A stretch of 64,000 nucleotides of DNA from Octopus vulgaris (lineage: Eukaryota), in NCBI GenBank assembly GCA_951406725.2, contig OX597814.1:101494001-101558000 (forward strand). Direction: 5' to 3'. Shown piece by piece: positions 36,945 to 50,446 of the stretch. The notes under the pieces were generated by a model. That model searched no databases and was not told the origin of the DNA. It saw nothing but the letters and a program-made list of their open reading frames with translations. The stretch's first letter is position 1. Each line of letters begins with the position of its first letter. The position numbers and the translations under genes were made by a program.

Positions 36945-37570
36945 ACTCTTTAATTCACTTACTCATTCCCTACCTTCTATCACTCACTAATCCACCTACT
37001 TTTTCACTCATTCCCCTTTTTTCACTCACTATTTCACCTACTTTTTCACTCATTCCCCTTTTTTCACTCACTATTTCACCCACTTATTCACTCATTCCCC
37101 TTTCTTTCACTCACTATTTCACCTACTTGTTCACTCATTCCCCTTTCTTTCACTCACTATTTTACCCACTTATTCACTCATTCCCCTTTCTTTCACTCAC
37201 TATTTCACCCACATTCACTCATTCCCCTTTTTTCACTCACTATTCACCCGCTTATTCACTCATTCCCCTTTCTTTCACTCACTAATTCACCCACTTATTC
37301 ACTCATTCCCCTTTCTTTCACTCACTAATTCACCCACTTATTCACTCATTCCCACTTCTTTCACTCATTATTTCACCCATTTATTCACTCATTCTCCCTT
37401 CTATCACTCGCTGTTTTACCCACTTGTTCACTTATTCCCCACTTGTATCACCCACTAATTCACCTACTTATTCAACCCTTCTCCACTTCTGTCACTCGCT
37501 ATTTCAACCACTTATTCACTCATTCACCACTTCTGTAACTTTCTATTTCACCCACATATTCGTTCATTCT
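36945..37570 (+). repeat. Minisatellite with ~37-38-bp unit, roughly 16 copies
   Basis: ttcactcattcccctttctttcactcactatttcacccactta-like units, most homogeneous in the centre. Confidence 0.92.
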
Positions 37571-38737
37571 ATCACTGAGTAACATTCCTCATTTACTCAG
37601 TTATTCATTCAATTCTCCCTCCACTCGTTCATTTTCTCTTTCGTCCACCCACTCATTCAATTTATTCAGTAAATCTGTTAGAATTGAAGACAATAAATTA
37701 ATTAAATAGTGGCCTATATTGATTGAATATAACAAGTTTTAGATGACAATTGATAATAATCGATGATAATCAATAGTAACAGATGGTAAAAGAAAAATCT
37801 CTCCAATTTTTTTTATTGATTCTTCACAAAATTTCTTTGCTGTAATACGAAAATATCAGCTCAAATGTGATATCTGTTCTTTTCCTCATCTAATCACCAT
37901 TGATTAGAACAAAACCAGGTCGTTAATAATAGGTTTGAGGAACAGCTTTTCATCACACGGCCATGTCGCCTTTACTTTGTGTTTAAACAATGTCACATCG
38001 CTGTGAGCAGGGAGAGGTGTTTGTTGAATTTGTAAACCAACTGCACGCTTAGAATAGGCTGCCTCTCATTTTACTGGAGTAAGTTATATAAAGTGCTTTT
38101 CATTGTTACCTTTACTGGTCCTTAGTCGGTAAGGATTGAGCAGGCTTATAATCAAGAGCATTCCAGCTCGACTTTTATTCAATCTATGCCTGCATTGTCG
38201 AATTTGTGCTACACATCTTTTAAACATAGTGCTTAAGACCTGATAGAATTTTGCTGCGATTTCTAGCAAGTAAAGTGACGCTGAGAGGATTTTGATAAGT
38301 ACTTTGTCGTCTTTTAAGGCGGGGAAAAACCATCATAATAGGTATTTAAGTCTTGGAATCCGATCCACTTGTTTGACATACGAGATTTTTACAGAAGCTC
38401 TAGGTTTCAACTTTCTATAAGAGATATGGCTTGTCCTAGAGGATTTACGTGAAGGAAAATTTTTGAAACTATTAAATATGTGCGACATAGCTCAAGTGTA
38501 GAGTCTCCTTGCAACACATGCACAACATCCTGATTGAAGATCAAGAATATAGCTTGATATTGTAGCTGTGTCTCTTTATTTCACAAGCAGGAGTTAAGAA
38601 CTAAGTAAAATGAAGCTAAGTGTTTCTTGAGTAGATTAATATTATTCTAATATATCAGTTTCTTATGTCCATGTTTTGTTGATGCTGATGCTAAAATTGA
38701 TAGCGTTTCCAGTATACTTCCAGTTACGACAATATGC

Positions 38738-38845
<108 letters not shown>

Positions 38846-39471
38846 ATACAAACTGGGACAAGAACGCAAAACATTTAGAAGACGATACAAAAAACACTGA
38901 CGGGACATTCGAAGCCTTCAATCTTCAGTCAAGAACCGGATCATCCTCGCAATATATATATATCATTTAATAAGCACAATATATGTCTGTATGTGCTAGT
39001 ATTAGTTTCATGCGATGAGTGCATGTCACACAGTATTTTGTAACACGTCTGATGTCTCAGCGCAATCTTCAGGCACTACCCACGTGGCATAACAAGCTAA
39101 AAATAGGACGATAGGATGAGAGGAAACGCGAGAAAAGGCGAGAAAGAAGTATATATAAAGGCAAAAGGCTGAAAAACAGAAAAATGAAAAAGAAAACAGA
39201 AAGAAGCAAAATGGGAAGAATTAGAATTATTTCCCCCATTGAGCGTAAAATATAAGGCTGAAAAGATAGTGGTTTAGGGTCTGCGGTTCAGCTGCTCAAT
39301 TCGGAGAAAGTTGTACTTTCCAATTCGTCGACAGGAACTTAGCCATATATATATATACATACACGCACAGACACATACACATACGCATACACTTATAGAC
39401 GCACAAACACACACACGCACACACACATGCGCACAAGCATGCACACGCGTACACGCACACAAATGCACACA

Positions 39472-39536
<65 letters not shown>

Positions 39537-39862
39537 ATAGTAGTAGTAGTTGCTTAACCAGACTTGAAACATCCAATGCAGTGTTTCTAACCACCACAAT
39601 AGTGAAAAGTGCGTCCGGGAGAAACAAAGGCTATAAGCTTCTCTTTATCGTAATTCCTCTGCATTACTTTATCGTAATTCTTCATGCATCTACTGTGTAT
39701 GTCATAGTTAGTAGTTGTTTAACCCTTATACTTGAGACAGACTGAATGAGGATAATCTACGTAGAGCTCTAAACTTAACAGTAGCAGTCGTACACCTATT
39801 TGTACACACAAGATACACTATATGTGTGTATATATACACACATATACGCACACATACATACA

Positions 39863-39930
<68 letters not shown>

Positions 39931-39934
39931 AATA

Positions 39935-40675
39935 TAGGCGTAGGAGTGACTGTGTGGTATGAAGCTTGCTTCCCAACCACATAGTTACGAGTTCAATCCC
40001 ACTGTGTGGAAGCTTGGCCAAATGTGATCTCCTATAGCCTCGGGCCCACCAAAGCCCTTTGAGTGGATTGGGAAGACGGAAACTGAAAGAAACCCGTCGT
40101 ATATATATATACACACACACGACAAGATTCTTTCAGTTTCTTATTTCTTTATTGCCCACAAGTGGTTAAACATAGAGGGGACAAACAAGGACAGACAAAC
40201 GGATTAAGTCGATTACATCGACCCCAGTGCGTAACTGGTACTTAATTTATCGACCCCGAAAGGATGAAAAGCAAAGTCGACTCCGGCGGAATTTGAACTC
40301 AGAACGTAGCGACAGACGAAATACCTATTTCTCTACTACCCACAAGGGGCTAAACGCAGAGAGAACAAACAAGGACAGACAGACGGATTAAGTCGATTAT
40401 ATCAACCCCAGTGCGTAACTGGTACTTATTTAATCGACCCTGAAAGGATGAAATGCAAAGTCGACCTTGGTGGAATTTGAACTCAGAACGTAGCGGCAGA
40501 CGAAATACCGCTAAGCATTTCGCCCGGCGTGGTAACGTTTCTGCCAGCTCGCCGCCTTTCAGTTTCTGTCTACCAAAATCACTCACCGGGCTTTGGTCGG
40601 CCTTACACTGGAGTGGAAGGCTGTTGCGCAACGTACCACGTAGTAGGACTGAACCGGGAACTACACTTGCGCCTA
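39935..40675. mobile_element. SINE nest: family D 5' half (+), family A with duplicated body (-, 40142-40557), family D 5' half (-)
   Basis: Matches to 60675-60840 and 12662-12891. Confidence 0.82.
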
Positions 40676-41189
40676 TATATTCTGTTATTTTTTCTTTTTA
40701 TATTTTGAACAATCCTAGACTGTGGTCTGAGTATTATTTCCTTCAGTAATTTCAGATGATCAAAGTTCACAAAATATAACACACGTACAGTATGCATATA
40801 CATGAGTGCATGTGTATGCGTTTATGTGATGGGTGAGGTTGGGGTGGGGTGGTTGTATGCATAAGTGTACAGGAAGGTACGATACGTTACCAAAATGCTT
40901 GCTCTACATAACGCGTCTTGGCAACAACCATGAATATTTTGAATAGGTGATCTTGCAAAGTTCGTATCCTGCTATATATTAATGATAACAACAGATAACA
41001 TTAACCGTATTGCTAATCTTATATGATATGCCAGTGTTTCAGTAAACCAATTGTTGAAATTGCACCGGCTGATTGTCCTGATCACTTCAATTGGTACACT
41101 TCATCGGTATTATCAGTAAAATTTCCCTGACCTGCATCCGCCATTTTCTATCATCCTGTCTTCTACGGCCATGTATGCACAGACACACA

Positions 41190-41246
<57 letters not shown>

Positions 41247-41409
41247 ACACACTCACACACACACTCGCGCACACACGTACACACACATACACACGCATAC
41301 ACACATACATACATATATGTATGCCTAAATACGTATATGTATGTGTATGAAGTAGATTACTCATTCTTTACTTAGTCATCAACGTGTTTGTGTGCATACA
41401 TTATGTATG

Positions 41410-41481
<72 letters not shown>

Positions 41482-42369
41482 CATACATGCATACATACAC
41501 ACATACATACGCACAGACATAGAAATATATCTACAATGGGAAAAATCAAATACAAATGATGGCATGAAAATATCAAAGTATATTCACGGTGTTGACACCA
41601 TATGGCACCACCGCTTGCTTATTCAATATCAAGACACGGAAAATACGTTTATTAGAGATTGATGCAGCACATGTACATAATTCAGCCATAGCGACTAAAA
41701 CTCAGAAAAGTACTGTTTACACTAATCTAAGAAATACTGGTCCACTAGTGTGCCGCAAACTCTGTACCTATCGTTTGCTGGTTTACTACAACTGTTTTCC
41801 TTTAAAAAGAAACAAAATGGAAATGGAAAAGAAAGAAAAATTAGAGAAGAAACGCTGATGGAGAAGAAGAAGGGTATGAAGTTTTGTAAAGGGTTAAATT
41901 CCTTATTTAAATTAACTGAATGGAAATGCACGTTTTCCGTTGACTGTGAAGGGAAATTTTTGCTGTTTAAAGCAGTGTGGTAACTAATATCAAAGGTTAA
42001 ATTGTTCAGGAATTTCCAAAAGTGCAGAAAATTCGAAAGCTTATAGTTAAATTTAAACTGGTAAAATGTTTTGAAGTGTTTGACAGTAAAAGCTTAAGTA
42101 TATTTGTGGATTATAAAAATTTGCTTAAATTAATGAAATTGTGGTGCAAAATGGAATAGTGTAGTGTACCTTGAAAATATTTAAAAGTTTGTTAAATTAA
42201 CCGTGAGTAACTTTGGGATAAGTACAAATTACAAAAATTAAATCTTAGAAAATGGTATTCTATAAACTAGACGGGTTAGCCGCGAGAATAATATTATTAA
42301 TTTAGTTTCACTAATCTTATATATAGTATATTGAAATATATATATAGTTAGTTAAGTAACTAACAGTAG

Positions 42370-42645
42370 TTAGGGCAGCGGACTCGCGGTCAGAGGATCG
42401 CAGTTTCGATTCCCGGACTGGGCGTTGAGTGTGTTTATTGAGCGAAAACACCTACAGCTCCACGTGACTCCGGTAGGGAGTGGTGGCGACCCATGTTGTA
42501 CTCTTTCACCCCAACTTTCTCTCATTCTTTCTTCCTGTTTCTTGAGTAACGCTGCCATGGACTACCGTCCCGTCCAGCCGGGGGGGAACACATACGCCAC
42601 AGAAACCGGGCCCATGAGCCTGGTTAGGCTTGAAAAGGGCGCATA
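42370..42645 (+). mobile_element. SINE with family C tail and variant middle
   Basis: ttagggcagcggactcgcggtc..gtttcgattcc; ccgtcccgtccagc..gaaaccgggcccatgagcctgg; same head at 10957-11015. Confidence 0.8.
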
Positions 42646-43749
42646 AATAAAACAAAGTAGCTAATAATTTTATTATGATTTTCTTCAGATTGAAGATATT
42701 AATACATATGCATGCAAACATATGTATGTATGCATGTATTTATGTATGTATAGATAGATAGAAGTAAAGAAATGAAGAGTTTTCAGAAAATAGGTAAAGG
42801 AAATAATAGTATGAAATACCGTAGAACTGAGTAAACAAATATTTTCACAATTAATATCTGAGAAACAAAAATAAATTATCTTCTGAAGAGCATCCGTGAA
42901 AACGAAAATTACTAACGCATGCTAATTGCAAATATAAAGAAAAATATGCATTAGAGCGGGGAAAGGAAAAACACAGAAAACAAGAAAAATAGTTAAGGAA
43001 ACAAAAGATGTATACATGAATGCAGCTGTTTCACTTTTAATTTTTACTTGGTACATCCCAAAGGCAACTAGTGAATGAGAGTTTGATGCAACTGCCCTTA
43101 TTTGCGTTTCTTGTTGTAAAGCTAGTCTGTCTGGGTCTCAGATAGCAGACTGTCCAGCTGCTTGTTGGAAACATTTACACCCACTTCGCGAAGTGCCAGG
43201 TTTCTTTGTAAGATATTAAAAACCTTGCAGGTCTTCAAACCTGAAGTTGCTGCAGTATCAGGTCATAACTTTTGATGAGAAAAGTGGGACCTCCTACACT
43301 ATTTTTTTTACCATTTACTCCATATGGACCGAATATTGGCAGAGTCATTAGAGCATCGGACAAAATAATTTGCGGTATTATTCCGATTGCTGAAGTTCTG
43401 GTCTCAAATCCCACCGAGCTCTGCCTTCAATTCTGCTGAGGTCGATGAATAAAGTACAGACTAGAGGCAGTGAAATAGTGGAATAGATCCGTCTGTCACT
43501 TTAGCCCTACTATACGGTCCTCAGCTATCTAATGTGGAGTCCTCTCTGTTGCAAGCATTTGCGATAGTGTCTGGTTTGGAGATATCTTCCACAATTCTTG
43601 TTACCAGTTTCGGATGGCGTGTAATGGGTTATGGGCCTTATATTCGTTATGATTAAGTAATAGATATTGGTTTATTTCTTCTAGAACAAAAACTCCATGC
43701 TTTCCATTTTTTCTAGGACGTTGTGTTGCAAACTTTAAGCAACGACTGC

Positions 43750-44225
43750 AGTGACTAAGAAGCTCGCTTTATAACCACGGGATTTTCGCTTCAATCTGAA
43801 AGCGCCACACTTCAGGCAAATATCTTCTACAATAGTTTTCGGCCAACAAATGCATGGGAGTGAATTTGGTAGCTAGGAACTGTGTGATGTCCTACGTTTG
43901 TACGCATGCATGCATGGAGGCAGACATGTATGCAGGTAGGTAGGTAGGTAGGTAGGTAGGTAGGTAGGTAGGTAGGTAGGTAGGTAGGTTGGAATATTTA
44001 TGTGAGTGTCTATATTTATGATTTTCCACCTGAAGCGCTCAACAACCAGTGCTGGTTTGTTTACATCCCTGTAACTTAACAGTTGGGTAAATGAGGCCAT
44101 TAGGATAAGTATCAGCCTCAAATATCAAAATAAGTTCTGGGTTCGATTTGTGTAACTAAATCCCTAAGCACTTCAATACGGTTTCCCAGCGTGGCGGCAG
44201 TCCAATGATTGAAACAAATGAAAGA
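43750..44225 (+). mobile_element. Old SINE family D copy with an internal (GGTA)n microsatellite
   Basis: Degenerate 5' and 3' halves flanking the repeat. Confidence 0.65.
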
Positions 44226-44244
44226 TAAAGAATAAGAACATACG

Positions 44245-44401
44245 TGAAACTAAAACGATAGACACTGCGAATCGAAAACGCATAGTAAGCTTCAATTCGT
44301 TGGCAGTACAGGAGGCGGTCGAAAAAGCCAGCTTCTCTATATGGCTGAAACGGGAAGACCAAAAATGGCTTGAAAGTCATAACATGCCGGCAGGAAAATA
44401 A
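44245..44401 (+). mobile_element. 3' coding remnant of a HERO-like (RLE) non-LTR retrotransposon
   Basis: RKRIV..AVQEAVEKASFSIWLKREDQKW resembles the AEKASxWxWLxR C-terminus recalled for this group. Confidence 0.55.
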
Positions 44402-45518
44402 CATCACTAGGTGAGACAAGATGACACTGAATTAGCTTCGCTGATTGACAAGTGACGGTCTCGTTTAGAGAATACGATGGCTAAGACTACGCGCCTTCAT
44501 TGGTCAGTTAAAGTTCAGACAGTGTCACGTGACAACTTGCTGGGGCTGCCTGCTGGAGCTTAGCAGCAGGTATTTAAAGGGAAAAAATTTTGACAAGACA
44601 GTCAGTCGCCCGCTGACATTCGTTGACGCTACATCGAAGGGGCCAGGGAACAGAAGAAAGAAGACATGCACCCAACACCAGAGCTGAAGACACCTCCGAA
44701 AGGATGGGGCTGCCACGTCAAAACGGTAGAGGAGTAGGGGCCGAAACTGAACGTGGTTCCTCCTGATGATGTCTAGAGCTAACTGGATCCTATAAAGGAG
44801 CTGTTGTGGTAATAGACCACAAAACACGATTCAAATTCCTTCCTAGCTCTTCTGTTATACTTAAAAACAAACACCACGCACTGTACTTGCTCTTCACCAT
44901 TCCAGCGCTGAGTAGTTTGCACGAAGAATTCAGCTCTTCTACACTAATGTTAAATAGATGAAGGAAAACAACGAGATTGCAGTAAGACGTGAAAGAAATA
45001 ACATTATACGCTAGATAGATCAGAGGGATTCGGGATATCTAAACACTTGCAAGTCATTACAGTTGCTGTAACTAAAACAGAAGAGGTGATAATCATCTTA
45101 ACAATATTTGTCACTGAACTGCACCGACGCTGCCATGGAACAATTTACAAGTCACACTTTTCGCACACCTGATATTGCCAATTCTTTCATTCTTTTCTGC
45201 TCATATGAATCACTTAGATTTCTTACCAACTGGTGATCTTTCTCCTTCTCTCTCGCTCTCTTTCACACTCACTCCCTCTCTTCCGCCTGTCTCTCTCCCT
45301 TCCTCTCTTCTTTTTCTTTCTCTCTCTGTCTTTCTCTTTATCTATTTATATAACACACACACACTCTCCCTCTCTCACGCACACATTTTCCCTATCTTTC
45401 TCTCTTTCCCCTCTCTCTCTATCTAGCTATTTCTCAGTCGATCTATATATCTATTCCTCTTGCACTGACTCTCTAGTATCATTCTAGTATTCCACGAGTG
45501 CGTGAGTGTGCGCCTGGA

Positions 45519-45606
<88 letters not shown>

Positions 45607-45765
45607 TATACACACACACACCGTACCGGTGTTATAATAAAATTGACATTGCAACGGTGACTAATTGGTGCAGTTAAAACCTGTTTAGGTCTATGTAAAG
45701 CTGTATATATAAAAAGAATTAAAAGTAATGCTATGCCACTTCGTAATCATCTTTATCATTATTGT

Positions 45766-45812
<47 letters not shown>

Positions 45813-45910
45813 TAAATTTATATAAGTAAGGATAAGATCGATATTTAAATACGATTTTATCAGGTGGCCAGCATGGGAAAAAAAACTTTTCAAAGGTAAT
45901 AATTATTTAA

Positions 45911-46233
45911 AATTATAATTTAGGGCATCTAAGAGGCACCTCCACGCCGGAAATATCAGTCAAAACTTGACTCTAAAACCACATTAAATGTTCATACAGC
46001 ACCAGGAGAGACGACAAAGAGACAAAATAAACTAACAAAAAAATTACTGGATAATACTTATGCAAAGCCAGAAATCCGGGATCTGGAATTATCCAGTAAT
46101 TTTTTGGGCTAGTTTATTTTGTCACTTTGTCTTCTCTCTTGGTGCTGTATGAACATTTAATGTGGTTTTAGAGTAAAGTTTTGACTGGTATTTCCAGCGT
46201 GGAGGTATCTCTTAGATACCCTAAAGTATAATT
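45911..46233. repeat. Imperfect palindrome with ~145-bp arms and a 32-nt spacer, between (AT)n tracts
   Basis: 45911-46055 is the reverse complement of 46088-46233 with scattered mismatches. Confidence 0.92.
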
Positions 46234-46759
46234 TTCTATATACATATATATATATATACATACACACACACACACTCATGCATACGTACATACGTATATA
46301 TGGCTTTACACACTCAAACATTCAAATGAATTTACACACGCACACACATACATATTGTTTAATTACTTATTTTAATCAATTATCTCTCTATCTGTTTATT
46401 CGAGCGATAATTATTCATTTATCGCTGTCTTCTCGTATATTTAATATTTCTCAAAGTCATTGTTTATCGTTAATGCACACACGAACATCCAAAAGAGCGC
46501 GCACACGCATACACACACAAACATGCACACACACACACGCATTCACGCGTGCGCGCGCAAACAAACACACGCACACATCCATACAGAGGGCGGTAGATGC
46601 TTTTGTTTTAAGCATAATGTGTACAATGCTTATTCAAGTAAATTAAACCCTTGTGCAGACAAACGATGTTCATCTGTCTGTCTATCTAGCCAGCTATTTC
46701 TCTCTCTTTTTCTCTCTCACACATACACACGTGCGCGCATACACACACATTTTATCTTT

Positions 46760-46808
<49 letters not shown>

Positions 46809-46814
<6 letters not shown>

Positions 46815-46988
46815 TATCTGAAAGAATGGAGTTGAACGACTAGTTAACAAATATCCTTTATTCTCGGCATATGTTTCGAAGGCTGCATATTCCTAATTCC
46901 GAAGGAATATGCAGCCTTCGAAACATATGTCGAGAATAAAGGATATTTGTTAACTAGTCGTTCAACTCCATTCTTTCATATACTTATA
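46809..46988. repeat. Near-perfect palindrome with ~86-bp arms and an 8-nt loop
   Basis: ..gtttcgaaggctgcatattcct-aattccga-aggaatatgcagccttcgaaac..; only about two mismatches seen. Confidence 0.95.
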
Positions 46989-47141
46989 ATTTTAAAATAA
47001 ACATACAAATTTCCGCACGAAGACACGTAGTCTATGCTCTAGCGACGTAGCTTCAACCGTGTTCTTTCTGATGTGAATTTGCTACCAAGGTATCGGTTAT
47101 CTTTCGTATTATCCTTAATAAGATAATTCATTCAATTACTC

Positions 47142-47196
<55 letters not shown>

Positions 47197-47279
47197 TTAT
47201 AACTTAATGTAGGATAAAAATTTTATCAATGGCCAGCATATCAAAAAATACCTTTAAAGGTTAAATTTATAAGTAATCT

Positions 47280-47332
<53 letters not shown>

Positions 47333-47334
47333 AG

Positions 47335-47992
47335 ACCGTCAGAATAAGTACTGTCGATTTGCTTGGCTAAAACCCAAAAAGGCGGTGGTCCAACATGGCC
47401 GCAGTCGAATGACTGAAACAAGACGACAGGTCTTATTTTGTAGGCCTAGTACTTATTCTAACGGTCTCTTTGTCGAATCACTTAGTTACGGAAACGTAAA
47501 CATATCAATAGTCGTTGTCAAGCGGTGATGAGGGGGGGAGCGAGTCAAACACATACACAGACACACTTACATGCGTATATGCGCACACACACGCACACAC
47601 TCATATATATATAGGCGCAGGAGTGGCTGTGTGGTAAGTAGCTTGCTTACCAGCCACATGGTTCCGGGTTCAGTCCCACTGCGTGGCACCTTGGGCAAGT
47701 GTCTTCTTCTATAATATCGGGCCGACCAATACTTTGGGAAGAAGCCCATCGTATACATGTATATATATGTATATGTAAGTGTGTGTCTGTGTGTCTGTGT
47801 TTGTCCCCCCAACATCGCTTGACAAACGATACTGGTGTGTTTGCATCCCCGAAACTTAGCGGTTCGGCCAAAGAGTCCGATAGAATACGACTAGGTTTAC
47901 AAAGAATAAGTCCCGGGGTCGAATTGCTCGACTAAAGGCGGTGCTCCAGCATGGCCGCACTCAAATGACTGAAACAGTAATGAGAGTAAAAG
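47335..47992. mobile_element. SINE family D cluster (partial +, partial -, near-complete + at 47612-47992)
   Basis: ggcgcaggagtggctgtgtggtaag..ggttcagtcccactgcgtggcaccttgggcaagtgtc (CORE-like segment). Confidence 0.85.
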
Positions 47993-47993
47993 A

Positions 47994-48104
<111 letters not shown>

Positions 48105-48198
48105 AAAGTAAGGAAAAATTTTTTTTAAAATGCAGAATGCTCAAATGAAAGAAAATTTTAATAAAATGAGAAAATGATAAAATATATAAATATATATT

Positions 48199-48239
48199 TA
48201 TTCAACCGGTTTTCGTCATTGTATGACTTGTCAAGAATA
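48199..48239 (-). ncRNA. Inverted copy of the U3-A8 hammerhead candidate
   Basis: Reverse complement of 50406-50446. Confidence 0.6.
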
Positions 48240-48767
48240 TTTATGTTTTAAGAAGTTTTTTAAAAATTAGAAAGGGGAAAAAAAGAAAATTGCATTGTTT
48301 TTTGTAAAAGAATAATGATAAAAATGTACAAAAATTAAAAAATAAGTTCTCCGATACATTGTGAGTTCGTTGTGTATCTTGAGTTTTATGGTTGTTTACG
48401 AAAAAATTACCTTGAGGTGTTAAGATCCAAAGGGATTAAGAGCATGTGTTGTGTTGTGTTGTTAAATTCAGCATGTTTGCAGGACAGGAAGTAGTAGTAA
48501 TTGTGGTCCTGGTTCTTCAGTTCCTGTGTTGTGAGTAAGGGGAGACAACTCTTTTGAGTTCTTCAATAAAACCCAAATTATAAAACTATCATTTTAGCTT
48601 CATTTGCATTATCTTTTATATAATTGCTTGTTAACTTAACTTTCAGATTTTAACACTTTATTTATATTATTTTCTAATAATATAAATCTGCATAGACAAT
48701 TGCATTTCAAATTGTCATATCATTTATAATAAAAATGATAGTAATAACAACAATAGTAAAAATGATA

Positions 48768-49772
48768 CTAAACAACATACATCCCAACATCCAATTCACT
48801 ATGGAATTAAGCAAACATCATCTCCCATTCCTTGATCTCCTAATTATAAAAACACCTAAGAACCAAATCATAACAGACATCTACCACAAACCTACAGACT
48901 CACAACAATACCTCCTCTTTAGTTCTTGCCACCCAAAACACACCAAGACAAATATCCCTTTCAATTTAGCTAAAAGGGTATGCACCATTGTCTCGGATCC
49001 AAAAACACGAGAAATACGCCTTCAAGACCTCAAAAAAACACTATTACAACGTCAATATCCCTCCACCCTTATAGAGTATGGAATAAAACGCGCCAAAGAA
49101 CTAGACAGCACTACACTGAAAACCACCCAACCTAACACCACACACAACCTCAAAATACTTCCATACATTTCCACCCACAACCCCAAAAATATCGAAGCAT
49201 ACACCACAATCATACAAAACCTCAGTCTACTGTCAACAGACCCAAAAATGAAAAACATTATAAATACACACAAAATCCTCAAATGCAAAAGGCAACACAA
49301 ATCTTTAAAAAAACTCTTGACAAATGCCAAACTTCACACACCACATCCACCCCCAACAGTAAAAAAATGTGCACGCTCAAACTGTGGTACCTGCCCCTTT
49401 CTACTTGAAGGCTCTGAATTTACCTTCAAACAAGGTACGAAGTTTAAAATCAAGACTAACTTCTTCTGTTCCTCCGAGAACCTTATCTACGTTCTCACAT
49501 GCGCTGGTTGCCAACATAATTATGTTGGACAAACGAGTCTCCCGTTACGTAAACGAGTAACGGTGCATAAAGAACAAATAAATCTCCCGGAATACCGACA
49601 AATTCCACTGAGTGACCACTTAGACTCATGTGCTAAAGACTTAAACCCCAAATTCTATATATTCCCCTTCTACCAATGTAAAGACGGGATCACCACACAG
49701 GAGAGAATTAACAAGGAGAATCTCTTTATTGAAACATTCCAAACACAACTTAATATGCAAACTCCTCGTTGA
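48768..49772 (+). CDS. C-terminal portion of a Penelope-like polyprotein (RT thumb plus GIY-YIG), 5'-truncated
   Basis: LNNIHPNIQFTME..LPFLDL..DIYHKPTDSQQYL..SCHP; CARSNCGTC; NLIYVLTC..C..YVGQT..R...HK..H..E. The first 11 codons of the track ORF come from the inverted repeat. Confidence 0.9.
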   Translation, partial: LNNIHPNIQFTMELSKHHLPFLDLLIIKTPKNQIITDIYHKPTDSQQYLLFSSCHPKHTKTNIPFNLAKRVCTIVSDPKTREIRLQDLKKTLLQRQYPSTLIEYGIKRAKELDSTTLKTTQPNTTHNLKILPYISTHNPKNIEAYTTIIQNLSLLSTDPKMKNIINTHKILKCKRQHKSLKKLLTNAKLHTPHPPPTVKKCARSNCGTCPFLLEGSEFTFKQGTKFKIKTNFFCSSENLIYVLTCAGCQHNYVGQTSLPLRKRVTVHKEQINLPEYRQIPLSDHLDSCAKDLNPKFYIFPFYQCKDGITTQERINKENLFIETFQTQLNMQTPR

Positions 49773-50405
49773 TCAAACTTCCTTTCTCTACCTCACTCTT
49801 CATGGATGGACTAACACAAATATATAAAGATACCATGCATTCATCACTTCAAGCTAAAACTTATATTCTTTAAATATCATTTTTACTATTGTTGTTATTA
49901 CTATCATTTTTATTATAAATGATATGACAATTTGAAATGCAATTGTCTATGCAGATTTATATTATTAGAAAATAATATAAATAAAGTGTTAAAATCTGAA
50001 AGTTAAGTTAACAAGCAATTATATAAAAAAGATAATGCAAATGAAGCTAAAATGATAGTTTTATAATTTGGGTTTTATTGAAGAACTCAAAAGAGTTGTC
50101 TCCCCTTACTCACAACACAGGAACTGAAGAACCAGGACCACAATTACTACTACTTCCTGTCCTGCAAACATGCTGAATTTAACAACACAACACAACACAT
50201 GCTCTTAATCCCTTTGGATCTTAACACCTCAAGGTAATTTTTTCGTAAACAACCATAAAACTCAAGATACACAACGAACTCACAATGTATCGGAGAACTT
50301 ATTTTTTAATTTTTGTACATTTTTATCATTATTCTTTTACAAAAAACAATGCAATTTTCTTTTTTTCCCCTTTCTAATTTTTAAAAAAACTTCTTAAAAC
50401 ATAAA

Positions 50406-50446
50406 TATTCTTGACAAGTCATACAATGACGAAAACCGGTTGAATA
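50406..50446 (+). ncRNA. Candidate minimal type I hammerhead with U3-A8 core variant
   Basis: tattc-TTGACAA-gtca-tacaa-tgac-GAAA-accggtt-gaata: stem I 5 bp, stem II 4-5 bp, palindromic stem III. Confidence 0.62.

Noticed and set aside
36945-37570. CRISPR-like periodicity of ~37 bp (also the 60.1-60.5 kb units)
   Set aside because: Units are contiguous or separated by simple repeat, with no unique spacers or cas genes; eukaryotic context.
45920-45970. Hammerhead within the 45.9-kb palindrome arms
   Set aside because: No acceptable CUGANGA box or stem III on either strand.
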